A stretch of 63,872 nucleotides of DNA, the filler included, from Globobulimina sp. (taxonomy: Eukaryota): assembly GCA_003354225.1 (NCBI GenBank). It is 52 parts of 52 records of this genome, joined end to end, with 100 filler letters (N's around TTAATTAATTAA, not from the genome) between each part and the next. Parts side by side here need not be neighbours in the genome. Positions count along the whole stretch, not along the records: positions 1 to 1,131 come from PIVH01022738.1; positions 1,232 to 2,362 come from PIVH01022739.1; positions 2,463 to 3,593 come from PIVH01022740.1; positions 3,694 to 4,824 come from PIVH01022741.1; positions 4,925 to 6,055 come from PIVH01022742.1; positions 6,156 to 7,286 come from PIVH01022743.1; positions 7,387 to 8,517 come from PIVH01022744.1; positions 8,618 to 9,748 come from PIVH01022745.1; 44 more parts are not named here. One strand, written 5' to 3'. A model generated the notes under the pieces. That model did no database searches. It was not told the origin of the DNA and saw only the letters and a list, made by a program, of their open reading frames with translations. Shown in pieces: positions 1-11,079 of this stretch (the first letter of the stretch is position 1; every line of letters starts with the position of its first letter). A program made the translations under genes and the position numbers.

Positions 1-2
1 AA

Positions 3-1130
3 GTGTCGTTTAAAAATTCTCACTACTTTATAATTCCATTCTTCCTGTGATGAACGACCTGAATAGGCTGCCAAAAGATCTATTCCTAAATGGACCCAAG
101 ATTCGCGGTCGTAGCGATCCATTGTAACATTTGCACATTCCTGTACAAATATCAAAACTGCCCTCTCATTATTATACATTTTCTGCACCTCTGCTAGAAC
201 CAAAGCATAACATCGAGTATTAACCCATCTCTTGAGGCGCTCCATCATATGTATAGTGTATTCACTTGGTGTAACTTCAGGCATATAAGTCGCAAGCCTA
301 ATGCGTTTTACAGGAATTTTAGCAGCCCTAATACGTTCGTTTATACAAGAAATGTCTAGACGAGAAATAGATTTTGTCTGTGACGATGTAGGTACAGGAA
401 GTATTGACTCCTCTGTCTCCAAAAGATTGGGTTTAGCAGAATCATCAGGAGTATAGATAGTATTGGATGCAGAACATTCCAGATTTTTAGAAATATTATC
501 GATGGTAGGAATAGAAGTAGTAAGTTTGAGATTGAATAGCAATTCCTCAGACGTAATGTACGCTGGGTTTCTTGCTACTTCAGGCAATAACTTTGATGGA
601 GAATCCCTCATCAAACCACCCACTTCCTCCGTAATTGACGACTCGAACAATGACTGATTCGGTGTCTGCATATTATTAACCCCAACAGATTCCGCTTTAA
701 CAGGGAGAAGTGTACCAGTATCAGGTACCGACTTATCTGTTGATAGAATAACAGGTACAGAAACCACAGGTGAGCACTGTACAGATTTATTATCAGGTAT
801 TCCCACTGATACAGTGTCATAATAGGGTACTACCACAGAGGGGACATTATGATTGACCTCAATAGGGGATAATATTTCCCTTTCCCCTTTTTGGTTAGGT
901 TGGACCGGTACTATTAGTATTTTGGGACATAAATATCGCCAATGACCCGGAATATTGCATTTATTGCAAATATAATTTTTATTAGGGATGGGTCTCTTCT
1001 CATATCGACGACCTCGTCGATCAAGATATATTTTCTTTGGCTTAGGGGGTTTATTAGAAACTTTAGCCGATAATTTGGGCAAAGATTTTAATAATTTTTG
1101 GGTGCCCACTGATAGTTTTTGATCGATTTT
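3..1130 (-). CDS. Partial ORF (~376 aa, open across the whole contig) with a CCHC zinc knuckle; gag/ORF1-like nucleic-acid-binding protein
   Basis: Manual translation of the minus strand gives no stop (KIDQKLSVG...RIFKRH). CNKCNIPGHWRYLC at 927-968 fits CX2CX4HX4C. Absent from the ORF track because it has no stop in the window. Confidence 0.7.
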
Positions 1131-1131
1131 G

Positions 1132-1231
1132 NNNNNNNNNNNNNNNNNNNNNNNNNNNNNNNNNNNNNNNNNNNNTTAATTAATTAANNNNNNNNNNNNN
1201 NNNNNNNNNNNNNNNNNNNNNNNNNNNNNNN
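1132..1231. other. Artificial contig-joining spacer (N-run, TTAATTAATTAA, N-run); 51 such spacers, roughly every 1.23 kb
   Basis: Near-identical 100-bp spacers with stops in all six frames; contig lengths fall from 1131 to 1129 bp. Confidence 0.99.
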
Positions 1232-1232
1232 C

Positions 1233-2090
1233 ACTGAATTCTGGGATGAATATGGCACGGATTTGAATGATGATATACAACCAACATCGGATGGCTTAAT
1301 ACAAGGAATATCAAATAATGCATTGCAATCCACCATAAATAAGGAGGAATGGTCGTTATTCTTTGTGTTCAAAGGTGATTTAAATAACAATTCTAACCAA
1401 CGGCATGAGAATAAATTAACCATCAATTTAACAGCGGAAAAAATATTGCAAATATTTATAAATTTACCTGAAGTTAAACTGGCATTCGACAAACATGTTC
1501 CATGCCATTTCTCCGAGCCCCAATTTTGGAAATCATTTCTCCAAAGCCATTATTTTAAGCATGGAACCACCAAAAACATAACACCCAATAACTTGAGCTC
1601 CGAAACAGAAACACAAACTGAAACAGAAATTGATAAGTTATTAAAAAAGTATATGACACAACTGCAAAATGAACAAGATGTGAATAATGAGAATATAACT
1701 CTCAATGTGTCGGATAGTGATGGTGATGGTGATATTGCTATGATGGATACAGAAGCAAATAAACCATTGAAAAGACGCAAGAAATATGCGAAAAAGGGGA
1801 ATAAATTGGATCCTGCCATTGACTTAGCCGCCACAATGGAGAGTTTTGTAGAAGTTATGGAAGATCCGGGTGTCAATGTGGATGGAAATAAAAGTTCGCA
1901 CAGAGATAATGTGCAGAATTGGTTCAATCAACTCAATAAACATGGCACTATGCTATTGGATCAATCCTTAAATCCACGGAATGAAAATACAAATTTCACA
2001 AAAGTCAATAATGGAAGAAACTGTGCAACAAATGATCGTGATGAGAAAGAGGAAGATATTAAAATGGACTCTGACGCAGATTACGACAAT
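1233..2090 (+). CDS. GTF2H1: TFIIH subunit p62/Tfb1 (BSD domains), partial exon
   Basis: TEFW end of the first BSD domain, then LTAEKILQIFINLPEVKLAFDKHVP..FSEPQFWKSFLQSHYF; probable donor GTATGT at 2091. Confidence 0.8.
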
Positions 2091-2809
2091 GTATGTTGTA
2101 TATTTTATATCCACTGCTTTTTTTATGATGATATTTTTTAGACCAAAAGTCTGAGTTTGAATATTTTTTTTGTGTTTGCTGAAATTGGTGCATTTTGTTT
2201 AAATATTAATCAAAATGATGATTTCACGTTTGATGCAAAGATATTTGAGCATGATTAGATACTATTTACGAGAGGTTATATTTGCTGATTTTGTTGCCAT
2301 TGTTTTAACGCATTTTTGAGGTTTTTTAGTAACATTTTGCATGAAAACTTTTTTTTTATTTGNNNNNNNNNNNNNNNNNNNNNNNNNNNNNNNNNNNNNN
2401 NNNNNNTTAATTAATTAANNNNNNNNNNNNNNNNNNNNNNNNNNNNNNNNNNNNNNNNNNNNAAAAGAAAATGTGCAGTTTGAAAAGCGAATGCAGCCAA
2501 ATCCTGAATAAAATGTTCCAAACCAAGTCCGACGGCGCGCGATTAATAGAATTGGAAGCGGAGAAGTTAGTGATTGAGAAATTGTCGCTAATCTTGCAGT
2601 GTTTTGTGGGCATTGCTGTTTGAAAATGAATTGTTATTATATTTGACTAATTGTTATTACCCATCCATCCATCCAACGAGACACAAACGAAGACATTTAG
2701 CTAAGTCTGCAAGAAGTGAGTCATTTATATCGGTTATGGGATGCGGTGGATTTGTGGGTTTGTGATGCGAGCGAACCGAGCCATTTATTACTAGCAAATC
2801 CATACATAA

Positions 2810-2873
2810 GTGATGATAGCTCATTGAGAGCATCTTATTAAATAAGATTTGGGTCCAAATCCCAATCATCACA
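2810..2873 (+). ncRNA. Minimal 64-nt tRNA-like cloverleaf (family B, copy 1)
   Basis: Acceptor GTGATGA/TCATCAC, D arm GCTC-ATTGA-GAGC, arm TCTTA-TTAAA-TAAGA, 1-nt variable region, T arm TTGGG-TCCAAAT-CCCAA, followed by TTTTTT. Confidence 0.7.
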
Positions 2874-3026
2874 TTTTTTCAAGCAATAATAGTATTTTAT
2901 AGTAGTCAAATAAAAGTTTTTTATAGGCGTTTTTTGGAAGAAACAAAATTAAAACGAAAAAAGAAAAAAACACAAAAACAAAAAGCAAAAGCATCGAAAA
3001 AAAATAGGTCCGAACAATAATTTAGA

Positions 3027-3593
3027 TTACAATCTGTCAATACATAAGGTATCTTCTTTAAAATTATCTGAATTTTTTGTGATATTTAATGATATTTTAA
3101 ATTGTGTTTGATTTAATTGATTTAACTCTTTATTCATTAAAATATATTCATTATATATCCAACTACGACCTCCAAACCATCTATCATGTGTTGCTTTTAT
3201 TTGTATACTTTTCAATGATTTATGTTTAAACAAAATATCTCCCCAAAATAAATTAAAAAATGATGATAATAAAAATGGATATGTTACACCCCAATTACTA
3301 GTTGTATAAAATAAGATTGTTTCTAAGTTTGTAAACAATGATAATATGACTGGTTTAAATATATTATTATTTGATGCTTTATTTGCACCGCTTTCCAATG
3401 GATATCGATACATCAATAAACCTAATATTTCTGAGGGAAACTCCCTATTTAACATCGACGTATTTATAATAATATTTTTTTTATTTTGTGTAAATATTTG
3501 CCATGTTTTATAAATATATTCATCATATTTAATATCTGATATTTTATTCAATGAATAACAACATAAATGTTCCAAGAAATCAATATCTTTCTT
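3027..3593 (-). CDS. C-terminal part of a hypothetical protist protein
   Basis: 182-aa-plus ORF ending at 3027; no recognised domain. Confidence 0.5.
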   Translation of the reverse strand, partial: KKDIDFLEHLCCYSLNKISDIKYDEYIYKTWQIFTQNKKNIIINTSMLNREFPSEILGLLMYRYPLESGANKASNNNIFKPVILSLFTNLETILFYTTSNWGVTYPFLLSSFFNLFWGDILFKHKSLKSIQIKATHDRWFGGRSWIYNEYILMNKELNQLNQTQFKISLNITKNSDNFKEDTLCIDRL

Positions 3594-4416
3594 NNNNNNN
3601 NNNNNNNNNNNNNNNNNNNNNNNNNNNNNNNNNNNNNTTAATTAATTAANNNNNNNNNNNNNNNNNNNNNNNNNNNNNNNNNNNNNNNNNNNNTATGTAC
3701 AATTATTAAACAAAGAACAAATTGATAAACAAATGAAATCACAAAAAGATGCACAAAAAATATTGGAAAAGGCAAGAGAATTAGCTATAAGACCAAGTGG
3801 CCCATTGCCTGCGAAATCAAATAAATTATTTTAAATACAATCCATGCCTTCACCAATCACCATGCGCATAAATGTCAAACTCATGTGTATTGTTAAAATT
3901 ATGTGTTGCTTTTGTCAGTTACAGTATTGTTAGAATTATGATGCACAGACGACACACGTGGATGCAATCTCTTTTGTTTTTTTTTAGTTTATATTTTGTC
4001 TCTTCTTTCAGTTCTTTGAGGCTCTTAAAACAAAAATAAAAAAAAATAAAAAAGTATGAATATGCACAGGATAGTTAGACAGTATCTATATTCTACACAG
4101 TTGTGAAAAACAGCATATTTTGAGCATCTACTTTGAACATACTAGCAGTGCGTTGTTAGTACTTTTTACGACAAAAAATGGAAATATCAAATATTATGTT
4201 ATGAATCGATTACCAATGAATATTTGACAACAATGACATTGTTCTTTGATAACAATGTTTTTGACTAAAGTCATAATTACAGGATTGATATTATATTTTG
4301 CAGAATATATTCCGATTAAATCATATTTACAATTAACATCGTTTTATGTTTTGCTGTGTCAGACAAAGAATTATATTAATTACAACAAAAAAGGAAAAAA
4401 TAACAGAATATACAAT

Positions 4417-4824
4417 TTATTTAAATTTATGAATTGATAAAGTATTGGAACATTCACCTCCTCGTTCTGGTGGAGAATAAGTGATTGTTTGCAATGCCCA
4501 ACCTTTTTCTGCAAATTTTTGCTTGTTTTGATCCATGAAATCTTGAATAGAATCAATTGGATCAACAATTTGAAATTTAGTAAATGTAATATTTCTTTCT
4601 TGATTTAATAAATCAATACAACGCATTATCTCAAATACAAAATCTTCATTTAAATTTATTGATGGCTCATAATCACTCCCTGGTTCATTAAAGATTGTAA
4701 ATGAGACTAATTTTGGACATAATTGAATAAATAATGATATTTTCATGGTTTCTGTCTTTGAGGAGGACACAAATATTTGTTTAAATTTACCAAATCCATA
4801 AAAATCACATTCCCACTCATCATC
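4417..4824 (-). CDS. C-terminal part of a hypothetical protist protein
   Basis: 117-aa-plus ORF; no recognised domain. Confidence 0.4.
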   Translation of the reverse strand, partial: DDEWECDFYGFGKFKQIFVSSSKTETMKISLFIQLCPKLVSFTIFNEPGSDYEPSINLNEDFVFEIMRCIDLLNQERNITFTKFQIVDPIDSIQDFMDQNKQKFAEKGWALQTITYSPPERGGECSNTLSIHKFK

Positions 4825-4924
4825 NNNNNNNNNNNNNNNNNNNNNNNNNNNNNNNNNNNNNNNNNNNNTTAATTAATTAANNNNNNNNNNNNNNNNNNNN
4901 NNNNNNNNNNNNNNNNNNNNNNNN

Positions 4925-5738
4925 TTTCCATTCTGTCTAATTCAGCTCTTTCATATTCGCGCAAATATCGCAAATATCCTAAACAGCCAATTGTTACAAT
5001 TACTAATGAAACACCAATGCAAATTGCTGCGATTTTTTCTTTTTTCCGAGTGTCTGCTTCGGTATGAATGTGTGTCTTCGTTTGTGGCGCATCCGCAACC
5101 TCAGAATACAGTGCTATATTTTTAATGCTTCCGATGAATTTGTATCTTAATGAACCACAACAAACATCTTGTCCCAGATATAACACTCCCATATTGTTCA
5201 CGTTACCAAAGCAATTAAAGGTCACTGGTCCAGGAATATCATTCACGTACAATTGAATCCATGCATTGGATATATTGGCACTTGCTTTGTGCCACGTATT
5301 TTTAGATAACAATAGTGGATGCTCTACAAAATCGTAGCTTGGTCCGCTAGCTTGCTTGGAATGCTTACAAGTGCTGTCATTGCTTGCTGGCTTTGTGGAT
5401 ACTTCCATTCTTAATCTATGCACCATTCCTAATGTAATTTTAAATCCTGAGAAAGTTGTTCTATTAATAACGTCAGATAGACCATCATCATTGACAGTTT
5501 TCACCATCAATCCAGCCATAGCCAAATCCAGAGCAGAGTCATCAATTTTGAATTCGAATTGAATGCTACATTGTGTATCATTGCAGTAATTGTTGAGAGC
5601 TGTTGTCGAAGAGGTTAATTGTATTGGTTTGCTGGACTTTGTGAAGCTGTATGGCCCTGAAAACTCATTTGTAAAAATTGTAAAACCAATCACAAAATTT
5701 AACAGGGCCGTAACTGTAATAAACACAGAAAACAACAT
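4925..5738 (-). CDS. Type I membrane protein with a LamG/ConA-like beta-sandwich domain
   Basis: Signal peptide; NTWHKASANI..IQLYVND..LYLGQD..FIGSIKNIALYS LamG-like motifs; TM segment IAAICIGVSLVIVTIGCLGYL. Confidence 0.7.
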
Positions 5739-6235
5739 TTTGTTGATAGAAATAGTAAATATTTGAGTAACTCATAAACTCAGTATACATACACTCATAA
5801 ATGCATCAACAATTTTAACCTATCATTCATAGTGCCAGTGGATGGTGTTGTCAGATGTGTGTGTCTTGATGTTTCGAACTGTGTTTTGGAATACTAGCTC
5901 TATAAAAAGATTTTGAAACGACAAACATATACAAAGAAGTGTTACAGGAAAACAGAATCAAAAACAAAGAAAACAGCATTAATTATTTTCATATACTGTA
6001 CATTATTGCCCAGTAGTAACTTGCGATAATGTTTGATTACAATACATCGCTTCATNNNNNNNNNNNNNNNNNNNNNNNNNNNNNNNNNNNNNNNNNNNNT
6101 TAATTAATTAANNNNNNNNNNNNNNNNNNNNNNNNNNNNNNNNNNNNNNNNNNNNCCAACCAACGATTAGTTTTGTTATACTTATTTAGTTATTTTTCAT
6201 TGGTTTTTTGTATCTAATCAACATACAACATATAG

Positions 6236-7266
6236 GAAATTGGATGTACATTATATTTTGGTGCATTATCAGCTAACAAGCAGATGAAACGAATTATGTA
6301 CACACAAAGAAAAGAAAACAACAGAAAAATCGGAGGGACCGCCTTAAAATATTTGGATATGATCGAATGGTTAATTCAATGCTTAATGAAAGACAACATC
6401 GATTTACATTCATTGTTGACAAAGTTAGGCACATTCCATCAGAGAATGGGTATTAAAATCAATCATTTTGGTTTTTTACTGGAATCAATGCATGAAACTT
6501 TTTCATATTATTTCCCCAACAAATATACAATTAAAGTTATGTGCCGTTCGTTTAATATCCCATTTATCTGTACATGTCCTTATAATATGTCCTATAAATA
6601 CACAACAGATTAAATATGCCATGGATGAAATAGTGAGTCTCTCTGCACAGCTGATGACCGGCCAAGATTTGAAGTGTTCGCCACATTTAAACGCGATCAC
6701 AAAATCTTTTGCAAAGGAAAATACAGTCGATTTTATTAAAAATGTCGATTTTTGCTTAAAATCGACCATTGGAAGAGAATATTTCTATACATATTTACAA
6801 CAAACTTTTTGCGATGAAATTGCTATATTTTTGCAGTTGTTGTCCAAATTTAAGAGGCAATTGCGTAATGTTCAAAGATTTATGGTTGCAAGGGATGTTT
6901 TAGTGACATCAATCCAGCCATCGGCTGAGCTGTCAATTAATATTTCATATGATTGTAGGCAGAGCGTTAAGTGTTTTTGTTGACGGATTTGGTGTTACAT
7001 ACCATTGTTTTTCGTAAATTTGTTTTTTAGATTCTCATTGCTATGAAAGAATTGGAGCTACAGTTCAAGTCCAAGGAGTCGCTCGATATTAATGCTGATT
7101 TTTTCGATGCAGTTTAGTGTACGTTTATGTATATATTTATGTGGTGATTTTGTTTTAATTTTTTTGTAAGGCTGAACAGGAAATATATGAATTAATATTG
7201 GCTAATCATTGGGCAATATTTGTTAAGAATATTAAGGAATTGCATGCAAAAAGCTGTAAATATTGA
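6236..7266 (+). CDS. Globin-RGS domain fusion protein, 5'-partial; exons 6236-6535, 6609-6965, 7031-7111, 7171-7266
   Basis: Globin motif LLTKLGTFHQRMGIKINHF (proximal His), then RGS motifs GREYFYTYLQQTFCDEIAIF..INISYDCR..FFDAAEQEIYELI..HWAIFV. Three phase-0 GT-AG introns join these in frame to TGA at 7264-7266. Confidence 0.85.
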
Positions 7267-8618
7267 GTACAAAGTTGGGTAGCGATNNNNNNNNNNNNNN
7301 NNNNNNNNNNNNNNNNNNNNNNNNNNNNNNTTAATTAATTAANNNNNNNNNNNNNNNNNNNNNNNNNNNNNNNNNNNNNNNNNNNNTAATATAAAGTTCA
7401 AAAACAAGGGGTTAATCACTGGTTTTTGGCAGAATTAGAAAGATAAAAAATCCATTCCATACGTCTCGACCTCAGCTATTTAAATTTACATGCTAAACAC
7501 AATTCCAAGGTTTCCAGTCGGCGCAGTAACGCAAGATGGCGCAAGACGACGCCAGTTTCATTAATACTCTACCAATTTCGATCATTTATGGGTCAAATCG
7601 AAACATATCAATACCCTGGGCACGATTTTGACATCGCTGTAAGACCACTCTAACGTTGGTAGTCGGCGCACTGACGCCAGATAGCGCAAGACGACGCCAT
7701 ATTTATTACTTAAAATTTGTTGTTATTTTTGGAAAAAAATGGTTCAAATTTTTATCAATTTACTGGACTAGGCATCTTAGCCTTACTTGGACTTATAGAG
7801 GTAGTTGGGACTATGACACTGTCCAAATAAGGCTGAATAGTTTTTCATTATGGTCACTTTATGGTAGGCTGAATAGTTTTTCATTATGGTAGGTTAGTTT
7901 TCTTAGCTAATGAACACCGATTTCGAGGACCTTTCGCATTTATAGAAAAATAACTTTATGACTGTGCCTGCCCGATCCATCATAAAATGGCCAAACCCTG
8001 GCATATGTAACCTCTAAGCTTTCCCAATGGAATTTCCCCCAGCAACAAGAGAAAGTGCGGCTGTTCGAACACTTGGTGATGGACTAATGAATGCCATAGT
8101 TACATTTCTAAATATATGCAGCTGCTTGTCTGTTATAGAGTTTTGTTGTCTTTGGTCCATTATCAATTTACATCTGCATCTTCTTTTTCACTATCAGCGA
8201 CTATGAAGCACATAGTTTTAACTGCAATTTTACCAATCTGTTATGTGTCGTTTTGTTGATTGTGCTGTCAGGCTGCTGGAGGACCATGATCAATAAGATA
8301 TTGTCAAAACGCATAAGTTTTTGTGGGGATGGTTAGCATTGCACTGTGTATTTTGCTCGGTAAAGTCATTTGTGGGTCAGATAAATCACAGTCATAGTTT
8401 GGTTCACCAGCTTACACAACCAATTCAACATCTTCACTTTGACAGTGGACAATGACAGTTCTGTAATTGTACCAATGATGCAAGCATTCTTTCCAGTTTA
8501 ACAAGTTAGAAAAATTCNNNNNNNNNNNNNNNNNNNNNNNNNNNNNNNNNNNNNNNNNNNNTTAATTAATTAANNNNNNNNNNNNNNNNNNNNNNNNNNN
8601 NNNNNNNNNNNNNNNNNG

Positions 8619-9748
8619 GATGGCAATTTAGAGAATTTAGACCATGGCCAAAACACTACAATCAATACAAATGACGTTACAGTGATTTTAAACCGCAGTC
8701 ACGAGTCGCTACAAACTTTAAATACGTTGCGCATCGAAGAGAATTTGGCAGAAAGTACGGAAGAGAAAGTAGCAACGTTCCGTTTGCAAGAAATATTTCA
8801 GGCAAATAGAGTTCGGAGGGCGTGGAAGAAGGGATATTGCAAACCGTATTTGCGGCGAAAAAGCAAGAGAGTCAAAGCAAAAAATAAGGTGCGAGCAAAG
8901 CGAAAATGTGCGATTTTGCGTACAAAATGCAAATTGATTTTAGAAGAAGAGGCTTTAGCCATTGCCCCAAAGCAAAAGCTACCAAAAATTGATAGCAATA
9001 TCGCATTACATCCGGGCTTCGAACAATTAGTGGCACGGAGTAGAAATTATGTGGTCAATCCGCGATTTTTTGATTTCAACAATATATTTACGGGTTTGTT
9101 TAATCTGAAAAACAGTGTCCGGAGTTGGTATAATTCGATTTTTAATAATTCTGACTTTGAGAAAAAAGAGGAGAAAGATGCAGAGAATTGGAGCGATTGG
9201 AAGCCATATTTGGTAAACAACAAAGAGCGGAAATATCACTGCAAAGCCTCAGGTAACGTAAATTTAGAAGCTTTCCTGAAAAAGTTCGAGATGGCATTGT
9301 ATGAAGAATGCCAACGTAGGCAATTATCGACAAACTATAAATTAAATTTGTCAGACATTGAAGAGGAGGCATACATGGATTGTATGGAGGAAGCACAGAA
9401 TTTGCAAGACCCAAATCGAAAAGTTGCGGTTAAGGAAGATAAGGGGTCGCTGTATATGGTCACTACGGCGGATATTTTAAATAAAATGGTATTAAAAACG
9501 TTGCCAAAATTAGGTTTTGATTTGGTGACGGATTATGACTGGGATTTGGAGGTAAGAGTATTGACAGAAATACTGTCAAAATGGGTCGACAGAGGAGAGA
9601 TTAAAGAGGAATGGTTTAAGGCGTTACAGCCTCAATTCCCGGTAAAATTTCATTATAGAAACGCGAATTTATATCCATTATGGAAGACACATAAAGCGGT
9701 CCCATCATTACGTTTAATTTCGTCGTTTATTGGCACATTTTGGGAGCC
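8619..9748 (+). mobile_element. Penelope-like retroelement ORF, N-terminal RT region (partial)
   Basis: VKEDKGSLYMV matches the PLE 'DKG' motif; LYPLWKTHKAVPSLRLISS matches YGLPKxHK..PLRPIVS. Confidence 0.75.
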
Positions 9749-10213
9749 NNNNNNNNNNNNNNNNNNNNNNNNNNNNNNNNNNNNNNNNNNNNTTAATTAA
9801 TTAANNNNNNNNNNNNNNNNNNNNNNNNNNNNNNNNNNNNNNNNNNNNAGGCTCTAAGCGTCACGGAATTTTAAAAAGTCAAAAAAAAAATTTCAATTTT
9901 TTCATAAAAATAAGTTTACAAGTGCAGTTTTTAACGCTGAATTCGAAAATGAGATTCATTTTTTACGAAATTCGTCTGATAACACTCCACGATGGAACAA
10001 ATTTCTCGAAATCAAAAAATATTTCACTTTTTCCTCACAAAAATAAGTTTGCTTAGCGCTGACTTGGATTGGAACATGAGATTTATTTTTCATGAAAGGT
10101 CCACATGTTCACTTTAGCATTTCAACAAATACCTAAAAGTGGTGTAAAATGAATAACTAATTATTATGAGCATGTTTAAACTGACTGGCACTTTCCAACA
10201 ACGTAAGACATTT

Positions 10214-10979
10214 TTTTCATTTATCAATTTTAAAATCCATCATTATTGATGAACATATTGTCAGAGCCACAGGTTAAAAATTATATATTGTCTCACATAG
10301 TCACATCATGGGTAAATAAGCCTTCTACAGTTTTAGAGTGGCTAATCAGATTGTGACAGAAGAGCACAGGTAGTCGAATAAAGTACTGTACATATTCTAA
10401 TGTTGGCTGAAGGTCATGATGTAACAACTGCAGCAGAATTTGTGGAAGCAACTGCATCCATCGAATATGTGACATTCTTTACAACCACGATCCATATTTA
10501 TAATGGTTTTATTGGATGCGACAGAACAATATCTGCAGAATCTATGGGAGCCGAATAATCCTATTATTACACATAAACAACATGAAGGGAAACCTATTCG
10601 ATACAAGACTGGACATGAATACAGGCGGCCTGTTGGCACAGATTCTCAAATTGAAAGTGACAATGGATAATGCACTTGTACAAGATACATCTATTGAACA
10701 ACCTGAGGAGAACCAGAAAAATCAGTTGCAGTCAGTTCTCAGGTTGCAGTATTAAACAAATAACATTTTGATTCAGTGTAAATTTCTCAAGTTGTTAACG
10801 CAACCTGAGAACTGACTGCAACTGATTTTTCTGGTTATCCTCAGGTTGTTCCCTAGATGTATCTTGTACAAGTGCATTATCCCATGATGTGACTATGTGA
10901 GACAATATATAATTTTTAACCTGTGGCTCTGACAATATGTTCATCAATAATGATGGATTTTAAAATTGATAAATGAAAA
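10214..10979. repeat. Nested inverted duplication: A(10214-10312), B(10665-10747), B'(10800-10882), A'(10881-10979)
   Basis: A/A' is a 99-bp reverse complement with no mismatch seen; B/B' has a few mismatches. Confidence 0.9.
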
Positions 10980-11079
10980 NNNNNNNNNNNNNNNNNNNNN
11001 NNNNNNNNNNNNNNNNNNNNNNNTTAATTAATTAANNNNNNNNNNNNNNNNNNNNNNNNNNNNNNNNNNNNNNNNNNNN

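Noticed and set aside
7387-8517. Coding potential in a contig with short GGCGCA..GACGACGCCA and 26-bp direct repeats
   Set aside because: No sustained ORF; probably decayed transposon ends, not classifiable
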